From the NCBI RefSeq assembly GCF_055900595.2, contig NZ_CM148325.1: 64,000 bases of DNA; one strand, written 5' to 3'. The position numbers and the translations under genes were made by a program. The first letter of the stretch is position 1. The number at the start of each line of letters is the position of its first letter. Below the pieces are notes generated by a model. It searched no databases. It was not told the DNA's origin and saw only the letters and a program-made list of their open reading frames with translations. Positions 1 to 9,789 of the stretch are shown here, in pieces.

Positions 1-675
1 GGAACCGTCATGCTGCTTCGTCTCATATTTCACGAGATAACTGGCTCTGTTCCGGGCTTTCTGCAGCGCTTCCACATCACCACGCTTGATCCAGAGAACA
101 GCGGCTTCACCCGGCTTTTTTTCTGAAGCCTTCCTGGTATCAGAACATCCACCCGACAAAGGCGTGTCATCGGAAGAAGGGCGAGCATCAGACGATGCTG
201 GTTTACGGGAAGGCGTCCACCTGGAAAAATGGACCAGGCCATCGCCTTGCCAGGCCTCAAGATGCAGGGCGCTGCACCATGCCTCCAGGATCATCGTCGC
301 CAGCGAAGATGGTTCGCTGAAATCCCCTGGCGAGCACCAGGTATCTTTGTTGAGCAGCAATATCACGTGATAATGTTTCCTGCCTTTTTCCTTGCCAAAC
401 TCCCGACACCAGAAATAACGCAGAGTGGTTGCACGCACACGCTTGTTGGCACGTCGTTTTTTCCGCTGGTAAGCCTGGATTTTGGCTTTCAGGGATTCGA
501 AAAAACGAGAAATCACCGCTGAATCCGGATCGGGATCCATGATGGTGACAGGCATATACTCAGGGAAACGTAAATCCACCCGGATTAACGAGACGGCACG
601 GTGCTGCGACAGGGCACTGTCGAGAAGGCTGTCAAAACGGGATAACCAGTAAGCATTGTGTATTGGTTGATTCAT
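1..675 (-). CDS. Island protein, YagK/YfjJ-like (inovirus Gp2-like family); partial, start codon at 675, continues beyond window start
   Basis: Reverse-strand reading frame open from ATG at 673-675 to position 1 without stop (about 225 codons, MNQPIHNAYWLSRFDSLLDS...); absent from ORF track presumably because no stop lies in the window. Family assignment from memory of CP4-type island proteins, not verified. Confidence 0.55.
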   Translation of the reverse strand, partial: MNQPIHNAYWLSRFDSLLDSALSQHRAVSLIRVDLRFPEYMPVTIMDPDPDSAVISRFFESLKAKIQAYQRKKRRANKRVRATTLRYFWCREFGKEKGRKHYHVILLLNKDTWCSPGDFSEPSSLATMILEAWCSALHLEAWQGDGLVHFSRWTPSRKPASSDARPSSDDTPLSGGCSDTRKASEKKPGEAAVLWIKRGDVEALQKARNRASYLVKYETKQHDGS

Positions 676-2252
676 GATGAGAGATCTCCGTTGATTTGGA
701 TTGACTTCACATCATTAATCACCGCGGTAAAACTTTACGGCATCATGTCATTAAGCAATGCTACAACTCTCTGATTAAGAGTGATTGAAACGGAACAAAC
801 CATCCCGGAACGAAAAGATAATCCTGCACACAGCAGCAAAACACGCAACAACAGCATGAATGGATTTAAAAACGACATGGACGACGAGAAAAGCCTGAAG
901 GGAAAAGGATCCACAGAACATTCGAACAAAACACCAGAAACGCAACCAGAACGCTTCCTGGCAATGCAAATCAACAACAACGCCAAAACCTACAGCTTAA
1001 TCACACAACTCAATCACGAATGCGAATGACACGTTTAAAACCTGTTTACAGATAACGCCGTAACACGATCATCCCCATCACCATCAGAATCGATTTTCTC
1101 ATCCCGAAAATGTTACGTTTCACTACGCACCATAAAAACGGTTAACCATCGATAACGTAAACCTTATCTGAATCAAAAACACCAAAACCGTTCATCACAC
1201 TTTCGCAATGCAAGAAGAAACCTCATGACAAAAAGAATGACCTTACACGGAAAAGAAAACGTCAGGAATCGTTAATGCCTCAATCTGATTGTTATCAAAA
1301 CATCCAGAAAGTCGTTTAACAGAATCGTCGTAAGCACATCGAAAAGAACGTCAGATCACCTCAGGAAAGTTCGGGTTGATTTAGCGTAAAGATACTTTTC
1401 TCAGCTTAACGTCGAAACACAAACCAAAAACCACAAACAACCAAAGCTCAGGAAAGGTTAAACGTCACATCAGTAAAATCGAATAGCAGATTGATTGCTT
1501 AAACAGGAAGGATTGTTTTACAGCAGCATTAAACTGATTTAGTTAACGTAAAATCAGAACTGACAGGTTTACTAACTTGGATGTGTATCAGTTCAAAAAT
1601 GTGTACAGCAATGCGTAATGAAACACATTTAAAGGAGATTAATGGGAAAGTGTGTAAATGCGTAAACAGGCACTAATGAATCACTGGAGGAATACATACA
1701 AAACGACTTAATGAAAACATAAAAGGACCTAATGGAAAAGGTGTATATAATACCATATCCGACATTCTCAACATCTTAAGACATCCATGCAGACTGAATG
1801 TTGGTTTCAGTTTTTCACGGTAAGCATGAATCTTTTCTGTTCAAAAGCAGAGCAGATTTACTCTGGAATTATTTTTCTTACTCCGTATTCTGTACAGCAA
1901 AAACTTGTGCTAACTTTACAGCAAACCATCATAATCAGCGTCTGTAGTCCCATCGCTTTACCCCATGAAAGTGAATCCATATGATGTGAGAGAGATAAGT
2001 CATCGTATCCGGTAAACACTGCTTACTATAACATAAGATCATTCAGTCAGTTTTATCTCTGAACTGACGATTATGGCATGCTCATTTATATGGCTCACAG
2101 AGGAGTGTTATTATCCGTAAGCTTTAATCATCAAATCACATGACCATACCAAACTGGCGCTATATCAGCTCATTTGACGCTCATTCCCTTTAGATTTCTT
2201 TATGTGTTTTTTGTTGATAATTAAAATGTAATATAAATTTAATATTTTCAAA

Positions 2253-3476
2253 TCATAAACACCATTTAAAACCATCATCCTGAACATCATACAACAATAT
2301 ATTTTTACTAAAGCATGAATTGTATACTTCTATTAATTCAGGAAAATTATCAGGATTCACCTTTAAATTCAACTGAATGTTACACTTAATTTCACTCAGC
2401 AGTTCTTCATGCGTGGATTTTATTATCCCTTTATCATAATCTATAAATACACACATGTTTTTCATGAATTCAAACCCTTTTCCTGTATACAGTTTGATGA
2501 ATGCCACAAGAGCAAACATTTCAAGATGCAGCCATAATGCCACGTGAGTTTTTCGCAAAGTATAAAAAATTGAATTCGCCACTTTTTTACTTATTGCTCT
2601 TTTGTACTGTGAGTGCGCCAGATTCAGTAGTGGCAATTCTCTCTCGATAAATGAAAGTGAAAAAGACGGGTAAATTGATGTCGGAAATATTTCAGGTCTT
2701 ATGATATTTTCGATTTCCACCATAAATCTATCCATAGAACGAAAATCATTTTCTTTTTTTATTCTGGTATAGAGACCGCCTTTATTCCTTACTGCGACTT
2801 TTTTTCGTGCTATCCCCCCCAACATTTCCTCTAATTGTTTATTTATCTTCGTATCATTAAATACAACCATTCTTCTTATCATCCTGGGAAGGATGATAAT
2901 ATCAGAGCTTGAATCACTTGAACGGCAATTATTATTGATCCATGCAACTTCAAGTTGAAGTATCGGAACATTAAATTCTCTGGGGTTAATAACTCTCTGA
3001 TATTGTTTTTTGTATGCGTTTTCATTAAGATATTCTCTGCTGTAGAGAAACTTATAGCAATATAATCTGACAATATCCTTTATGTAAGATTTAAATGAGT
3101 CACCTGTAACAGATATATTTTTTCTTCTCAGTAACTCCTGTGTATTGAGCCATTCCCGTGACCGGAGTACTCCATTATGAAGACTTTTTCTTACTTGCTT
3201 TGAATTGCGCAATTGATGTAATATTTTTGCGTCCTCAACAATTCTCTTTCCCGTTTGATTTCTTGCAGCATCTATTACTCTGTCAAATATCTCCCGGTCC
3301 AGACTTTTGTCATATTTACTGATTATACGACAAATATTCCTGACCCGACGGTTCTCTTTATTTCGTTTCCATAACTGATAATGATCATCACATAACCTCA
3401 GGGCATTTGCCTCATCAAATTCTGAAACAGGATTGCTGCATTTTTTATTCCGACAGATACCTTTGTTTTTAGCCAT
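2253..3476 (-). CDS. Hypothetical protein, 407 aa, strongly AT-rich, Lys/Asn/Ile-rich; N-terminal Cys-x4-Cys...Cys-x2-His motif; no family recognised
   Basis: Long uninterrupted ORF in ORF track; spot counts of lines give roughly 22-37% GC versus about 50% in flanking core genes; sits between YfjJ-like and YfjP-like island genes. Confidence 0.75.
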   Translation of the reverse strand: MAKNKGICRNKKCSNPVSEFDEANALRLCDDHYQLWKRNKENRRVRNICRIISKYDKSLDREIFDRVIDAARNQTGKRIVEDAKILHQLRNSKQVRKSLHNGVLRSREWLNTQELLRRKNISVTGDSFKSYIKDIVRLYCYKFLYSREYLNENAYKKQYQRVINPREFNVPILQLEVAWINNNCRSSDSSSDIIILPRMIRRMVVFNDTKINKQLEEMLGGIARKKVAVRNKGGLYTRIKKENDFRSMDRFMVEIENIIRPEIFPTSIYPSFSLSFIERELPLLNLAHSQYKRAISKKVANSIFYTLRKTHVALWLHLEMFALVAFIKLYTGKGFEFMKNMCVFIDYDKGIIKSTHEELLSEIKCNIQLNLKVNPDNFPELIEVYNSCFSKNILLYDVQDDGFKWCL

Positions 3477-3576
3477 ACTCTTCTTCCCGTCAATGGAAAA
3501 ATTTTCACGTCCATATTACCTGACTGAGAGGCCGGATTAATGTGATCCGGTTCAGTGAAATCAACAGGATAACGGT

Positions 3577-4461
3577 ATGTCATTCAGCCATTCTTCCCTC
3601 TCCGCACACGTAAAGTCACATCTGACCTTTCTTCCTGAAGAAATTCGCCAGAAAATCCTTGAACATCTTCGCAGCGTCATTCAGTACGAACCCGTTATTG
3701 GCATTATGGGTAAATCCGGTGCCGGAAAAAGCAGCCTGTGCAATGCCATTTTTCAGTCCCGTGTCTGCGCCACGCATCCGCTGAACGGCTGCACCCGTCA
3801 GGCTCATCGTCTTACCTTTCAGCCCGGTGAACGAAGAATGACGCTGGTCGATCTGCCCGGCACTGGCGAAACACCACAGCATGATCAGGAATACCGGGCA
3901 CTTTACAGTCAGTTACTGCCCGAACTGGATCTGATTATCTGGATCCTGCGGGCTGATGAACGTGCGTATGCTGCCGACATCGCCATGCATCAGTTTTTAC
4001 TGAATGAAGGTGCCGATCCCTCGCGTTTTCTGTTTGTTCTCAGCCATGCCGATCGCATCCACCCGGCTGAAGAATGGAACAACCAGAGCAGCACGCCATC
4101 CCGTCAGCAGGAACTCTCACTGGCGACGGTGACAGCCCGGGTGGCAACCCTGTTCCCTTCATCATTTCCGGTACTCCCCATAGCCGCTCCTGCCGGCTGG
4201 AATCTTCCGGCATTTGTGTCTCTGATGATCCACGCCCTGCCACCACAGGCAACCAGCGCGGTTTATTCGCATATCCGGAATGAAAAGCGCACTGCGCAGG
4301 ATCAGCAACACGCACAGCAGGCTTTTGGTGACGCCATCGGCCAGAGTTTTGACGCTGCCATTGCCCGGTTCAGCTTTCCGGCCTGGATGCTGCAGCTTCT
4401 GCGCAAAGCCCGTGATCGCATTATCCGCCTGCTGATCACACTGTGGGATCGCCTGTTCTGA
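3577..4461 (+). CDS. Island GTPase, YfjP/YkfA/YeeP-like (P-loop GTP-binding protein)
   Basis: 294-aa ORF with Walker A motif GIMGKSGAGKSS; sequence resembles K-12 prophage GTPases YfjP/YkfA. Confidence 0.85.
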   Translation: MSFSHSSLSAHVKSHLTFLPEEIRQKILEHLRSVIQYEPVIGIMGKSGAGKSSLCNAIFQSRVCATHPLNGCTRQAHRLTFQPGERRMTLVDLPGTGETPQHDQEYRALYSQLLPELDLIIWILRADERAYAADIAMHQFLLNEGADPSRFLFVLSHADRIHPAEEWNNQSSTPSRQQELSLATVTARVATLFPSSFPVLPIAAPAGWNLPAFVSLMIHALPPQATSAVYSHIRNEKRTAQDQQHAQQAFGDAIGQSFDAAIARFSFPAWMLQLLRKARDRIIRLLITLWDRLF

Positions 4462-4646
4462 ATGTCCCCGCTTTTTGACCGGCCCCGGCGATAACCAGGA
4501 AACGCATTTCCGGTTGCGTCACCACAATGCTGAAGGGCTTCGGTAAACCCTCATTCATTTCATCCATCAGGCCGCGTCTTCTCCGTGAGACGCGGCTTTT
4601 TCATTGATTACGTCATTCAGTCTTAACCACTGATAAGGAGCAAAGT

Positions 4647-5465
4647 ATGCGATTAGCCAGTCGTTTTGGTTATGCGAACCAGATACGCCGTGACCGTCCG
4701 CTGACCCGTGAAGAGCTGATGCACCATGTGCCCGGGATTTTCGGGGAAGATAAACACACCTCCCGGAGCCGGAACTATACATACATCCCCACCATCACCG
4801 TGCTGGAAAGCCTGCAGCGGGAAGGCTTTCAGCCATTCTTCGCCTGCCAGACCCGCGTACGTGACCCGGGCCGCCGGGGGTATACCAAACACATGCTGCG
4901 TCTGCGCCGTGACGGGGAGATAAACGGACAACATGTCCCTGAAATTATTCTGCTCAACTCTCATGACGGTACCTCCAGCTACCAGATGCTGCCGGGTTAC
5001 TTCAGGTTCGTCTGCCAGAACGGATGCGTCTGCGGTCAGTCTCTGGGGGAAGTGCGTGTTCCGCACCGGGGAAATGTGGTGGACAGAGTCATTGAAGGGG
5101 CTTACGAGGTGGTGGGCGTGTTTGACCGGATAGAGGAGAAGCGTGATGCCATGCAGTCGCTGGTCCTGCCGCCACCGGCACGCCAGGCGCTGGCACAGGC
5201 GGCACTGACTTACCGTTATGGTGACGAACATCAGCCCGTCACCACCGCCGACATTCTGACACCACGACGCCGGGAGGATTACGGTAAGGACCTGTGGAGT
5301 GCTTATCAGACCATCCAGGAGAATATGCTGAAAGGCGGGATTTCCGGTCGCAGTGCAAAAGGAAAACGTATCCATACCCGGGCCATTCACAGCATTGATA
5401 CCGATATAAAACTCAACCGCGCATTGTGGGTGATGGCAGAAACGCTGCTTGAGAGCATGCGCTGA
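4647..5465 (+). CDS. DUF932-family island protein, YfjQ-like
   Basis: 272-aa ORF; position after the GTPase gene and similarity to YfjQ as recalled. Confidence 0.75.
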   Translation: MRLASRFGYANQIRRDRPLTREELMHHVPGIFGEDKHTSRSRNYTYIPTITVLESLQREGFQPFFACQTRVRDPGRRGYTKHMLRLRRDGEINGQHVPEIILLNSHDGTSSYQMLPGYFRFVCQNGCVCGQSLGEVRVPHRGNVVDRVIEGAYEVVGVFDRIEEKRDAMQSLVLPPPARQALAQAALTYRYGDEHQPVTTADILTPRRREDYGKDLWSAYQTIQENMLKGGISGRSAKGKRIHTRAIHSIDTDIKLNRALWVMAETLLESMR

Positions 5466-5546
5466 TGCCGTTTCCCTGAGTGAGGGAATCATTCAGCTTT
5501 CGTTCCTGAAAAACACACATTTATTTGTTATTTAAGGCGTTATCTC

Positions 5547-6026
5547 ATGAAAACCGTTTCTCAGAATACCCCCACAATTTATTCAGCTACAACACCAGAG
5601 AATAATCCGCCTCAGTTGGTTGCCAGCCTCGTCCCTGATGAACAGCGCATCAGCTTCTGGCCGCAGCATTTTGGCCTCATTCCACAGTGGGTGACCCTGG
5701 AGCCCCGTGTCTTCGGCTGGATGGACCGTCTGTGCGAAGACTACTGCGGTGGTATCTGGAATCTGTACACCCTGAACAACGGCGGGGCATTTATGGCCCC
5801 CGAACCGGATGATGATGATGACGAAACATGGGTACTGTTCAATGCCATGAACGGTAACCGCGCTGAAATGAGCCCGGAAGCCGCCGGCATTGCTGCCTGT
5901 CTGATGACGTACAGTCATCACGCCTGCCGTACGGAGTGTTATGCCATGACGGTTCATTATTACCGTCTGCGGGATTACGCCCTGCAGCATCCGGAATGCA
6001 GCGCCATTATGCGCATCATTGACTGA
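5547..6026 (+). CDS. Antirestriction protein, KlcA/ArdB-like (YfjX/YafX family)
   Basis: 159-aa ORF with acidic DDDDDE tract; conserved position preceding RadC-like gene in CP4-type islands. Confidence 0.75.
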   Translation: MKTVSQNTPTIYSATTPENNPPQLVASLVPDEQRISFWPQHFGLIPQWVTLEPRVFGWMDRLCEDYCGGIWNLYTLNNGGAFMAPEPDDDDDETWVLFNAMNGNRAEMSPEAAGIAACLMTYSHHACRTECYAMTVHYYRLRDYALQHPECSAIMRIID

Positions 6027-6041
6027 AAGGGGGCCGGAACA

Positions 6042-6518
6042 ATGCAACAGATTTCCTTTCTGCCCGGAGAAATGACAACCAGAGAGCGCAGCCTCATTCA
6101 GCGGGCCCTGAAAGCCCTGGACCGCCATCTTCATGAACCCGGCGTGGTCTTCACCTCCACGCATGCGGCACGGGAATGGCTGATTCTGAACATGGCGGGA
6201 CTGGAGCGTGAAGAATTCCGGGTGCTGTATCTGAACAACCAGAATCAGCTGATTGCCGGTGAAACCCTCTTCACCGGCACCATCAACCGCACGGAAGTCC
6301 ATCCCCGGGAAGTGATTAAACGCGCCCTGTACCACAATGCCGCTGCCGTGGTGCTGGCACACAATCACCCGTCCGGTGAAGTCACACCCAGTAAGGCAGA
6401 CCGCCTTATTACGGAACGTCTGGTACAGGCGCTGGCCCTGGTGGATATCCGGGTGCCGGACCATCTGATAGTCGGTGGCAGCCAGGTTTTCTCCTTTGCC
6501 GAACATGGTCTGCTTTAA
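6042..6518 (+). CDS. RadC-like JAB/JAMM domain protein (YfjY/YeeS/YkfG family)
   Basis: 158-aa ORF containing JAMM metal-binding motif HNHPSG...D (VVLAHNHPSGEVTPSKADRLITERL). Confidence 0.85.
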   Translation: MQQISFLPGEMTTRERSLIQRALKALDRHLHEPGVVFTSTHAAREWLILNMAGLEREEFRVLYLNNQNQLIAGETLFTGTINRTEVHPREVIKRALYHNAAAVVLAHNHPSGEVTPSKADRLITERLVQALALVDIRVPDHLIVGGSQVFSFAEHGLL

Positions 6519-6580
6519 CCCGTCACAACCACATCACACCTGTTTTCACTTTTATCTTCTGTCTTCAGAGGTATCCCATT

Positions 6581-6802
6581 ATGAAAATCATCACCCGTGG
6601 TGAAGCCATGCGTATTCACCAACAGCATCCTGCATCCCGTCTTTTTCCGTTCTGTACCGGCAAATACCGCTGGCACGGCAGCACTGAAACGTATACCGGT
6701 CGTGAAGTGCAGGATATTCCCGGTGTGCTGGCTGTGTTTGCAGAACGTCGTAAGGACAGTTTTGGCCCGTATGTCCGGCTGATGAGCGTCACCCTGAACT
6801 GA
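6581..6802 (+). CDS. DUF987 protein (YeeT/YpjJ/YkfH family)
   Basis: 73-aa ORF in conserved island position after RadC-like gene. Confidence 0.7.
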   Translation: MKIITRGEAMRIHQQHPASRLFPFCTGKYRWHGSTETYTGREVQDIPGVLAVFAERRKDSFGPYVRLMSVTLN

Positions 6803-6816
6803 GTCAGGGCATTCTG

Positions 6817-7447
6817 ATGAGCAGAATTATCACCATCACAGTGTATACGCTGGATGAACTTTCCTGCCCGGCACGGGAAAAAGCCCGCGACGGGTACCGT
6901 CAGCATCATGCTGACAGCAACTGGTATGAAAACGTGTATGAAGACTTCAGGGAGGTCTGTGGCATTTTCGGAATTGACCTCCGCCAGCGCGTTTTCCGGC
7001 TCAGCAACGGCAGGTTTATGGAGGAGCCGAGCATCTGGTTCAGCGGATTCTGCAGCCAGGGACGGAGCCTGTTTTGAAGGACGCTGGCACTGGCAGTCAG
7101 CAACAACCAGGAGAGTCCGGGAGTATGCCCCGCAGAACCGTGAGCTTCATCGTATCGCGGATGCCCTGCAGGCGGTGCAGAAACGTAACTTCTGGCAACT
7201 GCAGGCTGAAATCCACCACCGGGGACGTTACTGCCATCCGTTATCACTGTTACCCGGAACAGTCCGACTGGTCAGGCTATGACAGCCGATGCGGAAGCCG
7301 CTGTCAGCGAAGCCCTGCGCGACCTGGCCTTCTGGCTGTACCGTCAACTGGAAAACGAGTACGACCAGATGACCTCAGACGCCGCTGTGGATGAGGCCAT
7401 TCTCATCAATGCATACATCTTCACCGAAACCGGTCAGCGCACCGGCT
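6817..7447 (+). pseudogene. Island gene apparently disrupted by frameshifts (about 210 codons spread over three reading frames)
   Basis: Contiguous overlapping ORFs 6817-7077 (frame 1), 6854-7282 (frame 2), 7074-7394 (frame 3) and a frame-1 tail 7279-7447; pattern typical of a frameshifted gene. Identity not recognised. Confidence 0.35.
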
Positions 7448-7498
7448 GACCTGTCATCGTTAAACCATTCTTAACCACTTTTCAGAGAGGATTTTATC

Positions 7499-7867
7499 GT
7501 GTCAGACACACTCTCCGGGATAACTCATCCCGACGACAATCACGACCGCCCCTGGTGGGGGCTTCCCTGCACAGTGAGGCCCTGTTTTGGCGCCCGTCTG
7601 GTGCAGGAGGGTAACCGCCTGCATTACCTTGCCGACCGCGCCGGCATCAGAGGCCGGTTCAGCGATGCGGATGCATACCATCTGGACCAGGCCTTTCCGC
7701 TGCTGATGAAACAACTGGAACTCATGCTCACCAGCGGTGAACTGAATCCCCGCCATCAGCATACCGTCACGCTGTATGCAAAAGGGCTGACCTGCGAAGC
7801 CGACACCCTCGGCAGTTGTGGTTACGTTTATCTGGCTGTTTATCCGACGCCCGAAACGAAAAAGTAA
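7499..7867 (+). CDS. Type IV antitoxin, CbeA/YfjZ/YafW family
   Basis: 122-aa ORF MSDTLSGITHPDDNHDRPWWGLPCTV... closely resembles K-12 CbeA (YeeU)/YfjZ. Confidence 0.85.
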   Translation: MSDTLSGITHPDDNHDRPWWGLPCTVRPCFGARLVQEGNRLHYLADRAGIRGRFSDADAYHLDQAFPLLMKQLELMLTSGELNPRHQHTVTLYAKGLTCEADTLGSCGYVYLAVYPTPETKK

Positions 7868-7957
7868 ACCACCGGAATAACCTTCTGCTCCGGCCAGGTG
7901 TTTTCACCACGCCACTCTCCCCATAATTTAATCTCTCATATCAGGAAAATCTTCAGT

Positions 7958-8368
7958 ATGAAATTATTACCCGACACACATGTACGGGAGGCATCGTGCT
8001 GCCCGTCTCCCGTCACCATCTGGCAGACACTGCTCATCCGTCTGCTGGACCAGCACTATGGCCTCACACTGAATGACACACCGTTCGCTGATGAACGTGT
8101 GATTGAGCAGCATATTGAGGCCGGCATTTCACTGTGCGATGCGGTGAACTTTCTCGTTGAAAAATACGCACTGGTACGTACCGACCAGCCGGGATTCAGC
8201 GCAGGAGCCCCGTCGCAGTTAATCAACAGCATCGATATTCTCCGGGCCCGCCGGGCAACAGGCCTGATGACACGTAATAACTACAGAATGGTAAATAACA
8301 TTACCCTGGGTAGCATCCGGGGGCGAAACGATGAAACTTTCCCTGACGCTGGAAGCCGACAGCATTAA
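7958..8368 (+). CDS. Type IV toxin, CbtA/YpjF/YkfI family (cytoskeleton-inhibiting toxin)
   Basis: ORF from ATG at 7958 (MKLLPD...[60 protein letters not shown]...) matches CbtA-like toxins; immediately downstream of antitoxin. C-terminal extent uncertain. Confidence 0.8.
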   Translation: MKLLPDTHVREASCCPSPVTIWQTLLIRLLDQHYGLTLNDTPFADERVIEQHIEAGISLCDAVNFLVEKYALVRTDQPGFSAGAPSQLINSIDILRARRATGLMTRNNYRMVNNITLGSIRGRNDETFPDAGSRQH

Positions 8369-8753
8369 CGTGCAGGCACTGAACATGGGGCGCATTGTCG
8401 TTGACATTGATGGTGTAAATCTCGCTGAACTGATTAACAAGGTCGCTGAATACGGTTATTCACTCCGCGTGGTGGATGAACGTGACGCTACCGAAACACC
8501 GGCGACTTCTGCCAGCTCTCATCAGTTGCCGGAAGACAATACAGTGATACAGAGCGTGATGCCATTAACCACTGAAACAGCGCTGGATATCCTCATTGCG
8601 TGGCTGCAGGACAATATCGACTGCGGGTCCGGAATTATTTTCGACAACGATGAGGATAAAACGGATTCGGCAGCACTGCTGCCCTGTATTGAACAGGCCA
8701 GGGAGGATATCCGTACCCTGCACCAACTGCAACTTCTGCACCAGAACCGGTGA
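8331..8753 (+). CDS. YeeW-like island protein
   Basis: 140-aa ORF following the toxin gene as in CP4-44/CP4-57 modules; assignment by position and recalled similarity. Confidence 0.55.
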   Translation: MKLSLTLEADSINVQALNMGRIVVDIDGVNLAELINKVAEYGYSLRVVDERDATETPATSASSHQLPEDNTVIQSVMPLTTETALDILIAWLQDNIDCGSGIIFDNDEDKTDSAALLPCIEQAREDIRTLHQLQLLHQNR

Positions 8754-8837
8754 ATCTCACTCACCAGACTTCATTCTCCTGACGCCAGCCTGAACAGAGC
8801 TGGCGTTTTCGTTTATAAACAGAAAGGAAACCCCATA

Positions 8838-9623
8838 ATGTCATATATCACAATCCCCCACCCGAACGCGGTCAACGGACATACAGCCGTTATCTGTTCC
8901 ACAAGTATCAGACACATCCTGGCTGTACGAAAGAGTACACTGCTGCAAATCGACACGCTTATCCGGCAACTGACAGAAATCTCAGCACTGACGGAAAGTA
9001 TTGGCGGTAAAGCCGCCCCGGACTGGGCGATGAAACAGAATTTTCGCTGTGGTTGCTGGCTGATGGAGAAACCAGAAACAGCAATGAAAGCCATTACCCG
9101 GAATCTTGACCGCGAAATCTGGCGTAACCTGATGCAGCGTTCCGGGATGCTTTCCTTAATGGATGCACAGGCACGTGATACATGGTACAGGTCACTGGAA
9201 TATGATAATTTTCCGGAAATCAGTGAAGCGAACATTCTGAGCACATTTGAACAACTGCACCAGAATAAGGATGAAGTGTTTGAGCGGGGGGTGATCAACC
9301 TCTTCAAAGGGCTGAGCTGGGATTACAAAACCAACTCACCCTGTAAATTTGGCAGTAAAATTATCGTCAACAATCTGGTGAGGTGGGACCAGTGGGGATT
9401 TCATCTTATCAGTGGAATGCAGGCAGATCGCCTGGCTGACCTGGAAAGAATGTTGCATCTGCTCAGCGGTAAACCGATCCCCGACAACCGGGGAATATCA
9501 CCATTAATCTGGATGACCACATACAGTCCGTTCAGGGTAAAGGACGCTATGAAGATGAGATGTTCATCATTAAATACTTTAAGAAGGGAGCTGCACACAT
9601 CACTTTCAAAAGGCTGGAGCTGA
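8838..9623 (+). CDS. Hypothetical island-terminal protein, 261 aa
   Basis: Uninterrupted ORF with plausible RBS context; last gene before the tRNA-fragment repeat. Family not recognised. Confidence 0.6.
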   Translation: MSYITIPHPNAVNGHTAVICSTSIRHILAVRKSTLLQIDTLIRQLTEISALTESIGGKAAPDWAMKQNFRCGCWLMEKPETAMKAITRNLDREIWRNLMQRSGMLSLMDAQARDTWYRSLEYDNFPEISEANILSTFEQLHQNKDEVFERGVINLFKGLSWDYKTNSPCKFGSKIIVNNLVRWDQWGFHLISGMQADRLADLERMLHLLSGKPIPDNRGISPLIWMTTYSPFRVKDAMKMRCSSLNTLRRELHTSLSKGWS

Positions 9624-9789
9624 TTGACAGAATTAACGATATAATAGCCAGGCACTTTCCTTCTGTGCTCTCAGCCTGACCCCGAGTTTGATTCCCTTTC
9701 GATATCAAAAGGGACTGCGGGTACAAAAGAGGGTACATCTTTCACCAAACCAAACAAAATAAACCAATATCAACATGATAGAAGCATTC

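Noticed and set aside
735-986. Two overlapping minus-strand ORFs (83 and 64 aa) in the A/C-rich tract
   Set aside because: They overlap each other in different frames within a compositionally skewed region; most likely spurious.
781-1029. 82-aa plus-strand ORF (GTG start) encoding a highly hydrophilic low-complexity peptide within the A/C-rich tract
   Set aside because: Its composition simply mirrors the nucleotide skew, it has no convincing ribosome-binding context, and stops occur in all frames immediately beyond it; treated as non-coding.
700-2252. Possibility that the repeat-containing non-coding tract is a type III toxin-antitoxin RNA antitoxin array for the 407-aa gene
   Set aside because: No regular tandem repeats of uniform length were seen, and the tract lies downstream of, not upstream of, the 407-aa gene on its strand.
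4653-5492. 279-aa minus-strand ORF
   Set aside because: It is fully antisense to the DUF932 gene; a shadow ORF.
5583-6506. 307-aa minus-strand ORF
   Set aside because: It is antisense across the antirestriction and RadC-like genes, which have clear family signatures; a shadow ORF.
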